Assembly: GCA_016931955.1 (NCBI GenBank)
Contig: JAFGDV010000015.1
Coordinates: 1-62,431 of the forward strand
Direction of reading: 5' to 3'
Length of the DNA: 62,431 bases
Source of the DNA: Candidatus Altiarchaeota archaeon
Lineage (GTDB): Archaea > Altiarchaeota > Altiarchaeia > IMC4 > QMZM01
Below, in pieces: positions 52,187 through 61,504 of the stretch (position 1 is its first letter; every line of letters starts with the position of its first letter). The translations under genes and the position numbers were made by a program. A model generated the notes under the pieces. It ran no database searches, had not been told where the DNA came from, and saw only the letters and a program-made list of their open reading frames with translations.

Positions 52187-53307
52187 TTTTTTGCCAGCTC
52201 CTCCGCTTTCTCAACGACCTTTTTGGTGCCGTCCATTCTGTTCGAGAAATCCTTCATCGTTGAGCAGTTTTTCTTGAATTTCATCGACTCTTTGATACAT
52301 TCTGCTATCATATATGGTGGCGTGAAATAGCTGAGGTGCATTCCAACGCCGAGCTTCCGCACAATCTCCGCGTTATTCTGCTGCTCTGAGTGGAACATGT
52401 CGGGGAAAGACAGGATCGGTTTGCCGAAGCTCAAACACTCCATGATAGTGCTGTGGCCGCCTGGGGCTATTATCACGTCGGATCCTTTTATGTATGGGAA
52501 CACATTATTCATATAATCTATGACGTTCACGTTGTCTTTCACCTCATCTTTCAGCCCTTCTGAGTCCACATTCGGACCGCACACGAGGGTGAAATTAAAG
52601 CCTTCCATCATCTCAGCTGCATGGATCACGTTATGGAGTAGCCGTTCCCGGTATCCGAATCCGCCGACTAGGGAGAATATGTGCGGCTTAGCCAGCTTTG
52701 TCGCTTTAACTTCGTCGTATCTTTTTCTCACTAAGGGGCCGACGAATTCCACCTTGTCGAGGATTTCAGGCTTCAAGGGAATGTTTTTTTCGCAGACTGT
52801 GTAGGGCGGCGGGAAATCTGGGATGATGATGTTGTCGATATAGCGATAAATGATGTCTTCGAATTTTTTAACGAATTTACCGATTAATGCTATATCTATT
52901 CCGCGATTCCGGAAGAACGTGCTCGGATCCGTCTGGTTTAGTATAAAAAGTAACGGTGTCCTGTTCATCTTGGCTGCTATGGCGCCCAGGAAATAGCTGT
53001 CTGATATTACCACCTCAGGTTTTTCTTTCTTCACTAGGTTGAAGACCCTAGGATAGGCTAATGGATCCATCCCCTTCAGTGTTTCTTCGATGGATTTTCT
53101 CATGCTCAGTGACCCTGATTTTCCCACCAATTTGATCTCTGACGGTATTTCCTGCACCGTGAATCCATTCCCCTCTATGTGTTTTTTTGAGTATCCGTAG
53201 GCGCAGAACACTGCCTCGTGTCCTTCCTTCAGAAGTCTTTCTCCTACTGCCAGGCACCTGCTCGTGTGTCCTAAGCCTTCTCCGCACATGAATATCTGAG
53301 CCTTCAT
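52183..53307 (-). CDS. GT-B glycosyltransferase (MurG/GT28-like)
   Basis: GEGLGHTSR, PDFPPPY, GGHSTIME, EQQNNA. Confidence 0.9.
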   Translation of the reverse strand: MKAQIFMCGEGLGHTSRCLAVGERLLKEGHEAVFCAYGYSKKHIEGNGFTVQEIPSEIKLVGKSGSLSMRKSIEETLKGMDPLAYPRVFNLVKKEKPEVVISDSYFLGAIAAKMNRTPLLFILNQTDPSTFFRNRGIDIALIGKFVKKFEDIIYRYIDNIIIPDFPPPYTVCEKNIPLKPEILDKVEFVGPLVRKRYDEVKATKLAKPHIFSLVGGFGYRERLLHNVIHAAEMMEGFNFTLVCGPNVDSEGLKDEVKDNVNVIDYMNNVFPYIKGSDVIIAPGGHSTIMECLSFGKPILSFPDMFHSEQQNNAEIVRKLGVGMHLSYFTPPYMIAECIKESMKFKKNCSTMKDFSNRMDGTKKVVEKAEELAKK

Positions 53308-53984
53308 CTTTCATACTCCAGCGGGTCTTCATAGCCAGCTTCTTTAAACCCGTTTAGTCTTAGAATACATGAGTCACATACTCCACAAGCTTTTTCTCCT
53401 TTTTTGTAGCAGCTCCAAGTCAGCTGGAATGGGACCCCCAATTGCATACCCTTTCTGACGATGTCTGCCTTAGTCATCTCAAGCAGGGGTGCTTGGATCC
53501 CTATCGGCTTATCCTCCATTGTCTTCTTCGTCGCAACATCTGAAAGAGCCTGGAATCTTTTCAAGTATTCGGGTCTGCAGTCGGGGTAGCCGCTTGAATC
53601 TATGCTATTCACTCCGATGAATATGCTGTCTGCGTCAACGACTTCAGCGTATGCGAGCGCTATCGACAGGAAGATGGTGTTTCTCGCCGGAACGTATGTT
53701 ATCGGTATCTCCCCTCTTCTCCTGATCTCTTCTGGGCTCTTTCCTGTGGGGACCTCTATGTTGTCTGTCAGTGCGGAGCCGCCTATCTGTTTCAGGTCTA
53801 TATTGAATATCTTGTGTTGGGGCAGCGCAAAATATCTTACCAATTTCTTAGCACTGTCTAACTCCCGGATATTCTTCTGATTGTACTGGAATGTTAATGG
53901 ATAAACATCAAACCCCCTCTTTATAGCGACCGCAATAGAAACAGCAGAATCCATCCCCCCAGATAAAAGACAAACTGCCCTCAT
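53304..53984 (-). CDS. queC: 7-cyano-7-deazaguanine synthase
   Basis: SGGMDS, TYVPARN, YPDCR, TWSCY...CGVCDSC. Confidence 0.98.
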   Translation of the reverse strand: MRAVCLLSGGMDSAVSIAVAIKRGFDVYPLTFQYNQKNIRELDSAKKLVRYFALPQHKIFNIDLKQIGGSALTDNIEVPTGKSPEEIRRRGEIPITYVPARNTIFLSIALAYAEVVDADSIFIGVNSIDSSGYPDCRPEYLKRFQALSDVATKKTMEDKPIGIQAPLLEMTKADIVRKGMQLGVPFQLTWSCYKKGEKACGVCDSCILRLNGFKEAGYEDPLEYER

Positions 53985-54319
53985 CTCTCGACCTCAACCC
54001 ACTTACCATCCCCCTCCCAGAGCTTCACGGAACTCAAAGGCAGCCTTTTCACTAACTCAGAAAAAATCCACTCAGCGATGTTCTCAGAGGTCGGCTTATC
54101 AAAGAAGTCATTCATGTTAGCGTGATCTAATCGCTCAATGATCACTTCATCCACCACCCTCTTCAACTCATTAAAGTCCAAAACCATACCATCTTCTCCC
54201 AGTTCGTCCTCCACAACAACCTCTAATCTGTACGTGTGACCATGAAGGTGTTCGCATTTACCTTTATATCTAGGAAGATAATGCGCAGCATCAAAGTAAA
54301 ACACCCGCCCAACCCTCAT
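53981..54319 (-). CDS. queD: 6-carboxytetrahydropterin synthase
   Basis: FDAAH, CEHLHGHTY, LDH, PTSEN. Confidence 0.96.
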   Translation of the reverse strand: MRVGRVFYFDAAHYLPRYKGKCEHLHGHTYRLEVVVEDELGEDGMVLDFNELKRVVDEVIIERLDHANMNDFFDKPTSENIAEWIFSELVKRLPLSSVKLWEGDGKWVEVER

Positions 54320-54464
54320 CCTCTTTCCTCCGTTCTTCCGTGTCTTTTGTCTATTTCATCCATTTGGTCGTGGCAGCAAACCCTTTAGGAAAGTGTTTGC
54401 ATTCCCAAATCATCCTCTTTCCTCCGTTCTTCCGTGTCTTTTGTCTATTTCATCCATTTGGTCG
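54316..54464. repeat. Perfect 55-bp direct repeat around a 39-bp hairpin spacer
   Basis: 54316-54370 is identical to 54410-54464; spacer contains GCAAACCCTTT-AGG-AAAGTGTTTGC. Confidence 0.95.
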
Positions 54465-54586
54465 AGCATCTTCCGGCACGCCGTCCTGATGGCATCAGAT
54501 AAGTTAACGAATTTTTTTTCACCCCCAACATGCTCGTTTAAGTCATCTAAGATGTGTTGAGGTATTTCGACGCAGACCTTTGGCAT
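54410..54586 (-). CDS. Ribbon-helix-helix (CopG-like) regulator, 58 aa, absent from the ORF track
   Basis: MPKVCVEIPQHILDDLNEHVGGEKKFVNLSDAIRTACRKMLDQMDEIDKRHGRTEERG. Confidence 0.85.
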   Translation of the reverse strand: MPKVCVEIPQHILDDLNEHVGGEKKFVNLSDAIRTACRKMLDQMDEIDKRHGRTEERG

Positions 54587-54647
54587 GATAATCCACCAGT
54601 ATTCTCTGAAGAATACTGTAAGAGTATTTGGAAACGATATTTAAAAG

Positions 54648-55379
54648 CTAGATATTCTTCCAAATCAAATCAAAGCATTGCTCGAAGCCGGCGCAGATGG
54701 CTGGATTCACTATGAGAAGCCCGGCATTATATACTGGAGAATCCCCTTCAACCGTCGATATAAGACACTCCCTCTCATCCACTACCATCATACTAAACCC
54801 CTCCCTTACTGGATGGATCTTCAACTCCACCCCTGGTATCTCATTGACTCTTTTATCCGTTATGATCCTGACCTTTAGTTTTCCCAATTTCTTCAGCAGT
54901 CGTTTGTCCTTTAGGAGGATGGTTGTGTCATAGAATGTGATGACTGAGGCCCTCTTAGCGTCGTCGAGCATGAAATCCAATTGTTTTCTAATGTTCTCCC
55001 TGCCCTTTATAACCCAAGAAAGCTCCTTTGGCAGTATCATCCTACTGTATAGGTTCTCTGTTGTCTTGATGAGTTCCTCGCCTACGCTCCACACCTTCTC
55101 GATTTTTGCCTCCTGTTTTTTCCTTATCTTGTCAACGAGCTCTGAGGGCGGTATCGCCATATACCTTGTCGGCTTACCCTCTTGGATGTTTATGAATTCT
55201 TTCTGATTCAGTTTCTTCAGGATGTCGTAGACCCTCGGACGGGGTATCTTGGTCATATCCGCCACTTCCACAGCCTCAAGGGGTCCGGAGAAGGCGAGGA
55301 TGCCGTAAGCATTAGCCTCATACTCGGTAAGCCCCAGAGCTTCCAACAACTCGATTGTCTTCTGTTCTATAATCTTCAT
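54648..55379 (-). CDS. TrmB-family transcriptional regulator
   Basis: LGLTEYEANAY, IPRPRVYDIL, GKPTRY. Confidence 0.92.
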   Translation of the reverse strand: MKIIEQKTIELLEALGLTEYEANAYGILAFSGPLEAVEVADMTKIPRPRVYDILKKLNQKEFINIQEGKPTRYMAIPPSELVDKIRKKQEAKIEKVWSVGEELIKTTENLYSRMILPKELSWVIKGRENIRKQLDFMLDDAKRASVITFYDTTILLKDKRLLKKLGKLKVRIITDKRVNEIPGVELKIHPVREGFSMMVVDERECLISTVEGDSPVYNAGLLIVNPAICAGFEQCFDLIWKNI

Positions 55380-55425
55380 GCCATTAAACTATAGACAAGA
55401 GACTTTATAACCCAGAGTTAAAAAT

Positions 55426-55552
55426 CCTCAGCCCTTTTCTTTGGGAAAGAAAAGCGTTGGCGGAAAAGAAAAGGAATTTCCTCCTGGAAATTCCCGTTTT
55501 CGCCAGCCTTTTAGGAAAAGGCTGTGATCAACCTTTTATGAAAAGGTTGAGG
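55426..55552. repeat. Palindrome-rich MITE/REP-like element
   Basis: Four perfect 9-10 bp stems (55434-55454, 55473-55494, 55504-55524, 55528-55550) and imperfect terminal inverted repeats. Confidence 0.6.
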
Positions 55553-55556
55553 GCTA

Positions 55557-55631
55557 TAGCGGGGGGTGGATTTGAACCACCGACCTTCGGGTTATGAGCC
55601 CGACGAGCACTCCTGGCTGCTCAACCCCGCT
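55557..55631 (-). tRNA. Initiator tRNA-Met (CAT)
   Basis: AGCGGGG...CCCCGCT-A acceptor with A1-U72, GGG/CCC anticodon stem, CTCATAA loop, GGTTCAAATCC; CCA not encoded. Confidence 0.97.
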
Positions 55632-55647
55632 GTATGGTATAAAGTCG

Positions 55648-56327
55648 TTATTTAAGGGTGGAGTTTGGCGTATAGTAACCAAGTTTTTTCCACAGTTTAT
55701 ACTTAGTTATATGTTTTTTATTATTAAATCCAACTTCGTTAATCCATCTTTCAAACGTATCCTTGCCATTTATTTGTATCCTTAAACTGCCGTTGGCTTG
55801 TTTTGATGTTACGTATCTGAAATTTAGGTCTGCAAGGATATCTTGAAGTTGTTCTCTCATAGGACAAGGCCGCATCTTTATCTCTATCCTTGGATAGTAG
55901 TGAACATCCCGGTGTTGTTTGTCGAATACTAAACATCCATCAGTGTCAAATAAGCCCCTTAGAAAGGGTCTCTCAAGATTTTTGTTGAGTATAAAGGGGG
56001 GTATCACTGCCCTGTTTCTCTTTGGTGAGGGTATCATACCGATTTCAATCAAGAGATTATATAGTTGTTTGCTGAAGTATGCAAGATCCACGTTTCTTTC
56101 ATTCTTTCTGAATCTTAGTAATGGTTCCTTATCAAAAGTTTTGTCGTCAAGGGACATAAGAAATCCTTGAAGTATGGCAAGTCTTCTTCTGCGTCGCCGG
56201 TTACTTTGATTCTGTGTTGTATCTTGATCTTGCTACCTGCTTGACACTCGTATCTACCAATTGATCCATCACCTAACAGTATCCCCACGAATTCTGCGAA
56301 ATCAGAATCAAGTTCGGGGGTCTTCAT
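55648..56327 (-). pseudogene. Free-standing double-motif LAGLIDADG endonuclease-like gene, 1-bp frameshift near 56134-56137
   Basis: FVGILLGDGS and FLRGLFDTDGC lie in two overlapping ORFs; one added T joins them (TKLF/DKEP) into about 226 aa. Confidence 0.8.
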
Positions 56328-56388
56328 GTGATCTATTGGGTTACTTGATTAAAATATGGGGTATTTCAGCACTCCATGATCCTGAATG

Positions 56389-57795
56389 TCAAATACTGGG
56401 TTTCCTAGCTTCGACTATGTTCTTTATTTTTTCTATGAAGAAGGGGTTTATTTTTGTGTGCTCTGAGATTTCTCCTACAGACATTTTGTTCTCTAATGCG
56501 TCGACTATGTAGAATAGTCTTTTGTCTGTTGGATGCTGTAGTTGGTCTATGATTTTGTCTTTGTCTTTTTCTCCCATGCCTTGTAGTCCTTCGCCGCCTA
56601 TGTCGAGGGAGCGGACGGCCTTCTGGAGGGCTTCTTCGAAGGTTCTTCCGATTGACATCACCTCTCCTGTTGCTTTCATCTGTGTTCCGATGTGGGGGTC
56701 GGCGTCCCTGAATTTGTCGAACGGCCACCTGGGGATCTTTATGACTACGTAGTCGACTGCGGGTTCGAAGCTTGCTGGCGTCTTCTTTGTGACCGAGTTC
56801 GGGATTTCGTCTAGTTTTTTTCCGATTGCTATCTTTGCCGCGACCCGTGCTATTGGGTACCCTGTTGCCTTGGAGGCCAGTGCTGAGGATCTTGAAACCC
56901 TTGGATTCACCTCTATTACGACGTATTCTCTTGTCTCCGGGTGTAAGGCGAATTGTATGTTGCAGCCTCCTTCGACGCCTAATGCGCGTATGATCTTTAG
57001 AGCAGCCTCCTTCAGTTTTTGGTTGTCTCTCTCGCTTAGCGTTAGTGCTGGCGCCACTACGATGCTCTCTCCGGTGTGCACGCCCATTGGATCGATGTTC
57101 TCCATCGAGCAGACGGTGATGCAGTTGTCTGCTGAATCTCTCATGACTTCATACTCTATTTCGTACCATCCTGCCACTGATTTTTCTATCAGGACCTGGT
57201 GGATCATGCTAAGCTGCAGTCCATGGCGTGTGACCTTCTCGAGTTCCTCGTCGTTGTTTGCCATGCCGCCGCCTCCCCCTCCTAGGGTGTATGCTGGTCT
57301 GATTATGACTGGGTAGCCTATTTCTTTTGCGGCAGTGATGGCTTCTGGGACAGTTGTTATGGCCTTGCTTGCTGGTATTGGTTCTCCGATCTGTTTCATC
57401 AATTGCGCGAATGAGTCCCTGTCTTCGCCTTTCTTTATCGTGTCGATCGAGGTTCCAAGGACTTGGACGTTGTATTTTTCCAGGACGCCCATCGCAGCCA
57501 GTGCTGAGGTGATGTTTAAGCCCGTCTGTCCGCCCATCGGCGGGAGTATTCCGTCTGGTTTTTCTTTTTCGATTATTTTTGCGACGATTTCCGGGGTTAA
57601 TGGCTCCACGTAGATGATGTCTGCGATGTCTGGTTCGGTCATTATGGTTGCTGGATTGGAGTTTACGAGGACTGTTGTGATTCCCTCCTCCTTCAGTGAG
57701 AGGCAGGCTTGGCTGCCGCTGTAGTCGAATTCCGCCGCCTGCCCTATCTGTATGGGCCCTGATCCGATGATGAGAACCTTTTTTAGGTCGTGCAT
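56389..57795 (-). CDS. carB: Carbamoyl-phosphate synthase large subunit, N-terminal half
   Basis: [33 protein letters not shown]; only 468 aa. Confidence 0.93.
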   Translation of the reverse strand: MHDLKKVLIIGSGPIQIGQAAEFDYSGSQACLSLKEEGITTVLVNSNPATIMTEPDIADIIYVEPLTPEIVAKIIEKEKPDGILPPMGGQTGLNITSALAAMGVLEKYNVQVLGTSIDTIKKGEDRDSFAQLMKQIGEPIPASKAITTVPEAITAAKEIGYPVIIRPAYTLGGGGGGMANNDEELEKVTRHGLQLSMIHQVLIEKSVAGWYEIEYEVMRDSADNCITVCSMENIDPMGVHTGESIVVAPALTLSERDNQKLKEAALKIIRALGVEGGCNIQFALHPETREYVVIEVNPRVSRSSALASKATGYPIARVAAKIAIGKKLDEIPNSVTKKTPASFEPAVDYVVIKIPRWPFDKFRDADPHIGTQMKATGEVMSIGRTFEEALQKAVRSLDIGGEGLQGMGEKDKDKIIDQLQHPTDKRLFYIVDALENKMSVGEISEHTKINPFFIEKIKNIVEARKPSI

Positions 57796-57866
57796 TAGAG
57801 ATATATTCGAAGTGGGGTTTAAATTCCCAGATTTAAATAAACGATGTTAATATATTGTAGATAGAG

Positions 57867-58019
57867 ATGGCTCGATTCAAGGAGGCTGAGGCGCGGCTTT
57901 TTAAGGGAGTATGCATGTACTGTAATGCTAAGAACCCTATTGATGCGACCATATGCAGGAAATGCGGGAAGCCTTTTAAGATTCGTAGAAAGAACAAGAA
58001 GAAGGCTGTGAAGGCGTAG
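57867..58019 (+). CDS. rpl40e: Ribosomal protein eL40, absent from the ORF track
   Basis: [34 protein letters not shown]. Confidence 0.93.
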   Translation: MARFKEAEARLFKGVCMYCNAKNPIDATICRKCGKPFKIRRKNKKKAVKA

Positions 58020-58076
58020 GGATTTTCTTTTCTGTATTTTTAGGAGTTATTTATCTATAGAATTCTATAGAATAAC

Positions 58077-58445
58077 ATGGATTTTCAGCTGATACACCTA
58101 GCCCTGGCAATAAGCATCATCGGACTACTCATACTGGCTTTCGCTGAAGAACACCTGGAGCCGCCGCTCTCATGGATAAAGCAGATAAACACCAACTCCC
58201 TCGGGAGAAACGTCCACGTCAAAGGAAACATCTCTGGTTTCCATGAATTTAAGGGGGGATCATTCACTCTTTCCTTAAAGGATTCGTCTGGAGAAATAGA
58301 TATCTATGTCCCCTACAATGTTGCCCTCTCCCTAAACAACGTATCCGATGCGGGGGAGATCGAGGTTATCGGTTCAGTGGAGGTCTATAAAGGCAGACTG
58401 GAGATAGTAGTCGAAAACATTGACGGTTTAAGGGTCATAAAATGA
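58077..58445 (+). CDS. Membrane-anchored OB-fold protein
   Basis: N-terminal TM; VHVKGNI...LKDSSGEI...IEVIGSVEVYKGRLEI. Confidence 0.8.
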   Translation: MDFQLIHLALAISIIGLLILAFAEEHLEPPLSWIKQINTNSLGRNVHVKGNISGFHEFKGGSFTLSLKDSSGEIDIYVPYNVALSLNNVSDAGEIEVIGSVEVYKGRLEIVVENIDGLRVIK

Positions 58446-59233
58446 ATGTTCAGGTTTCGGATTTGAATGCCCACTCTTTTTGTCCTAGAACCATCTACCT
58501 ATCAAAGATACTGAAGCTTAAACCCATGCTATCCAGCGAGCTTTCACAGGGGCTTATATCCCATGCAGTGAGGAGGGAGCTGTCGATGAGGCAGTCAAGG
58601 CTGTTGGAAAAGGTATCTGACGTCGACGACATACCGTCAGCACTTGAGTGCGAGCTGGATAAGATACTGCAGGAAGTTCCTCACATATACCGCAAAATGT
58701 TGGCTGACATAGATTACGGCAGGTATCTTGAGAAAACACGCTCAGAGCTCCTGGGGGAGATAGCGCTGATGGCTGAGAGGCTGAGTCTTATGGTGGACGA
58801 AGTCGGCATCAAGCGGGCTGTGGAGGCCATAACCCCCTGGCGGGTTGAGTACTCCGTGAGGTCCTCATCTTTGAGGCTCTCTGGGCGTGTTGATCGGATA
58901 ATGAAGAATCCCTCCTATGTGCCAGAGGAGATAAAGACGGGCTCAGTTCCCTCTGGGGTATGGGAGGGCGATAGACTGCAGACCTGTGCATACGCTATGC
59001 TCTTGGAGGACCAGCTTGATTTAAAGGATCCGATACTCTTTGGTTTTGTCGAATACACCCGCGCCCAAGAGAAGCGCCCCGTCATGACCACAGAGAAGCT
59101 GAGGAGGGAGGTGATCCATATAAGGGACGCCGTCTTTGAGATACTGGGAGGCTCAGTTCCCGAGATCTGCCCCCACGGAAACGGGAGAAAATGCAATGGT
59201 TGCGGTTATAAAGAGCAATGTTATGATATTTAA
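58442..59233 (+). CDS. cas4: Solo Cas4-family Fe-S nuclease
   Basis: FCPR, GRVD...EEIKTG, QTCAYA, C-terminal CNGC...C. Confidence 0.85.
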   Translation: MNVQVSDLNAHSFCPRTIYLSKILKLKPMLSSELSQGLISHAVRRELSMRQSRLLEKVSDVDDIPSALECELDKILQEVPHIYRKMLADIDYGRYLEKTRSELLGEIALMAERLSLMVDEVGIKRAVEAITPWRVEYSVRSSSLRLSGRVDRIMKNPSYVPEEIKTGSVPSGVWEGDRLQTCAYAMLLEDQLDLKDPILFGFVEYTRAQEKRPVMTTEKLRREVIHIRDAVFEILGGSVPEICPHGNGRKCNGCGYKEQCYDI

Positions 59234-59235
59234 TC

Positions 59236-61314
59236 ATGAGGCTTTCATTGACGCTGATGCTGTTTTTGGTTTTATCCTCTATCCCTGTGGTGGGAATAAC
59301 CCAACCTCCTGGAGTATCTGAGATGCAGCTTCTTGTGGTTAATAATGGTAGTGTTGTGACTCCAACCTTCAGGCTGGAGAAGGTCGCTTTGGAGCTTCTG
59401 ATGCCTCAGAGCAGTGAAAACCAGGTTGTTGTCTTTGAAGGAGACGTTAAAAGGGACTCATTGGGTAATTCATGGCTCTACTTGGAGCAGAGGAATCCCC
59501 CGAAGTTGTTCCATTACCATGAACAGTTCTCCGTCAACGTGTCTGAGATAAGGACTACCTCCTTACCTGAGGTGTATGAGATACCAGATGACTTGAAGGT
59601 CTACTTGAAGTCCGCAGAAAATATACAATCAGATGACCATGGAATCCAGATGCTTGCGGAATCATTGACGAATGAATCGAGAACGGATTTCGAGAGAATA
59701 GCGGTTTTGGCTGCGTGGGTCTACGATAGTATCGCCTATAATAAGAGCATGGGGCAGGAGTCAGAGGACGCAAAATGGGTTTTAGAGAATCGCGTCGGCA
59801 CATGTGATGAGTTCTCCACGCTCTTTATTGCATTGGCTAGGTCGGTCGGCATTCCAGCAAGATTTGTTGCAGGCTATCATTACGGGAATGGTAGGTGGGA
59901 GGAGCATGCCTTCGCTGAGGTATACCTTGGTAGGTGGGTCCCAGTGGATCCAACAAACCTGGAAGTCGGCAGGGTGGATGCAGCGCATCTGAAATTCGCG
60001 GTAAGTAACAACAATATAGTCGGCAGCAAGATAAAGACCTACGGCGCCGATGCAGAGAGGGTGGAATGGAAATCAGATACCAATATACAGGTACTCAACT
60101 ATACTGAAAACAGGAAACTTGATTATGAGCTGTCGGTCAGCTCAGACGAGCTCTTCTCTGGTGATTCTGCAGTGGTTGTTCTCAAAATTATGTCGGAAGA
60201 GTATGTTTTTCTTAGAGCAAGCCTGCAGCCATGCGTCAGCGATTTCCCGTTTGTTGAGCTGGATGGAATTGAAAAAGATGTTGTATTGGAGCCTGGGAGG
60301 GAAAAAATCATCTACTGGAGGCTTAAGGTGGCAGAAGACCTCATGGAAAACATGCTCTATACCTGCCCCATGGTCTTGAATTCAAGGTTTCTTGAACCTG
60401 GAGAGGTTGTGTTGAATGTTACATCCTCAAAGTCGGGTGAGGGGGAGGAGATAGATCTAAGCGCGGAGTTAAGTGATTCTAAGGTAGGCTTTGGGAGGAA
60501 TGAGACAGTTTTCCTGCATGTGGGAAACATCCCAGCTTCAAAGCCCGTGAGGGTCGGCGTAGTCTCAGGGGACTTTTTCAGGGAGTTTTCCGTGGATAGG
60601 GAGGAAAACATTGTTGTGTCGTTCAGACCCGAAAGCCTTGGTGGACAGAAGGCATTAGTCTATAGCTCAACAGGCTCCGTCTTAACCCTGGATTATGTGG
60701 TTGAAGAGTTTGATGAGGTCTTCATAGACCATATCACGTTGCCCTCCATGATCAGATTGGGTGAGGAGGGGGAAGCTGAGGTGTTGATTAAAAACAACAG
60801 AACAACATCGCAGGATTTGAAACTTTACACAATCCTTGATTTGGGGGAGCAGATAAAGAGCCTCTCTGTTGGGGATCAATATAATGCTAGGATCCCATTA
60901 AAGTTCGATGACGTGGGTATGAAGTTGATTGTCTTCAGGCTAAAAGGCGGCGACATAGATATCGAAACGAGGAGGGAGATAAGGGTCTACGATTTGCCAG
61001 AACTTGAGATTGATGCAGTCTACCTGCCAAATAAAGAGAAGGTCGTTGTCACCTTGACAGTCACCAGAGACTCTGCAAGGAATATTAAGATAAAAGTAGA
61101 TAATGAGACGAAATATCTTAAAGAATTGTTTGGAGAAGAAACGGTAGAGTTTGATATGCAGGTTGTTAATTCCTTGGTTACCGTGGATTACGAAGACCTT
61201 GCTGGGGGTAGCTATTCCATTCAGACTTTGGCGGAGACGAAGGAAGAAGGCCTGCTCGAGAAGCTATTTAGGGCCATTGGTGATTTCATAAGGGCTCTGC
61301 TAGATTCTTTTTGA
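59236..61314 (+). CDS. Secreted transglutaminase-like domain protein
   Basis: Signal peptide; GTCDEFS, HAFAEVY, WVPVDPT catalytic triad; beta-rich C-terminal domains. Confidence 0.88.
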   Translation: MRLSLTLMLFLVLSSIPVVGITQPPGVSEMQLLVVNNGSVVTPTFRLEKVALELLMPQSSENQVVVFEGDVKRDSLGNSWLYLEQRNPPKLFHYHEQFSVNVSEIRTTSLPEVYEIPDDLKVYLKSAENIQSDDHGIQMLAESLTNESRTDFERIAVLAAWVYDSIAYNKSMGQESEDAKWVLENRVGTCDEFSTLFIALARSVGIPARFVAGYHYGNGRWEEHAFAEVYLGRWVPVDPTNLEVGRVDAAHLKFAVSNNNIVGSKIKTYGADAERVEWKSDTNIQVLNYTENRKLDYELSVSSDELFSGDSAVVVLKIMSEEYVFLRASLQPCVSDFPFVELDGIEKDVVLEPGREKIIYWRLKVAEDLMENMLYTCPMVLNSRFLEPGEVVLNVTSSKSGEGEEIDLSAELSDSKVGFGRNETVFLHVGNIPASKPVRVGVVSGDFFREFSVDREENIVVSFRPESLGGQKALVYSSTGSVLTLDYVVEEFDEVFIDHITLPSMIRLGEEGEAEVLIKNNRTTSQDLKLYTILDLGEQIKSLSVGDQYNARIPLKFDDVGMKLIVFRLKGGDIDIETRREIRVYDLPELEIDAVYLPNKEKVVVTLTVTRDSARNIKIKVDNETKYLKELFGEETVEFDMQVVNSLVTVDYEDLAGGSYSIQTLAETKEEGLLEKLFRAIGDFIRALLDSF

Positions 61315-61486
61315 CTGCGCGCGTGATACAGCCTGCGATCTTGTTTCTCATAGGCTTTGATTTGACGTCAGTCAACTCCTGAACCCTCTTCTTGTTTCCC
61401 TCGAAGTTGATGCTGAATTCTTCCCTATACTCTTTCATCAACTTTTCTGCGACCCTCTTCAGATAGGTTTGTTTTATTCTGCCCAT
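61286..61486 (-). CDS. rps17e: Ribosomal protein eS17
   Basis: MGRIKQTYLKR, FEGNK, RNKIAG. Confidence 0.96.
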   Translation of the reverse strand: MGRIKQTYLKRVAEKLMKEYREEFSINFEGNKKRVQELTDVKSKPMRNKIAGCITRAVKKNLAEPL

Positions 61487-61504
61487 TTTATATTATCCTA
61501 ACGG

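Noticed and set aside
54316-54464. Mini CRISPR array (repeat-spacer-repeat)
   Set aside because: The 55-bp repeat is the coding 3' end of the RHH gene, occurs only twice, and the palindrome is in the spacer
58442-59233. CRISPR-Cas locus
   Set aside because: Only a Cas4-like gene; no other cas genes or array in the window
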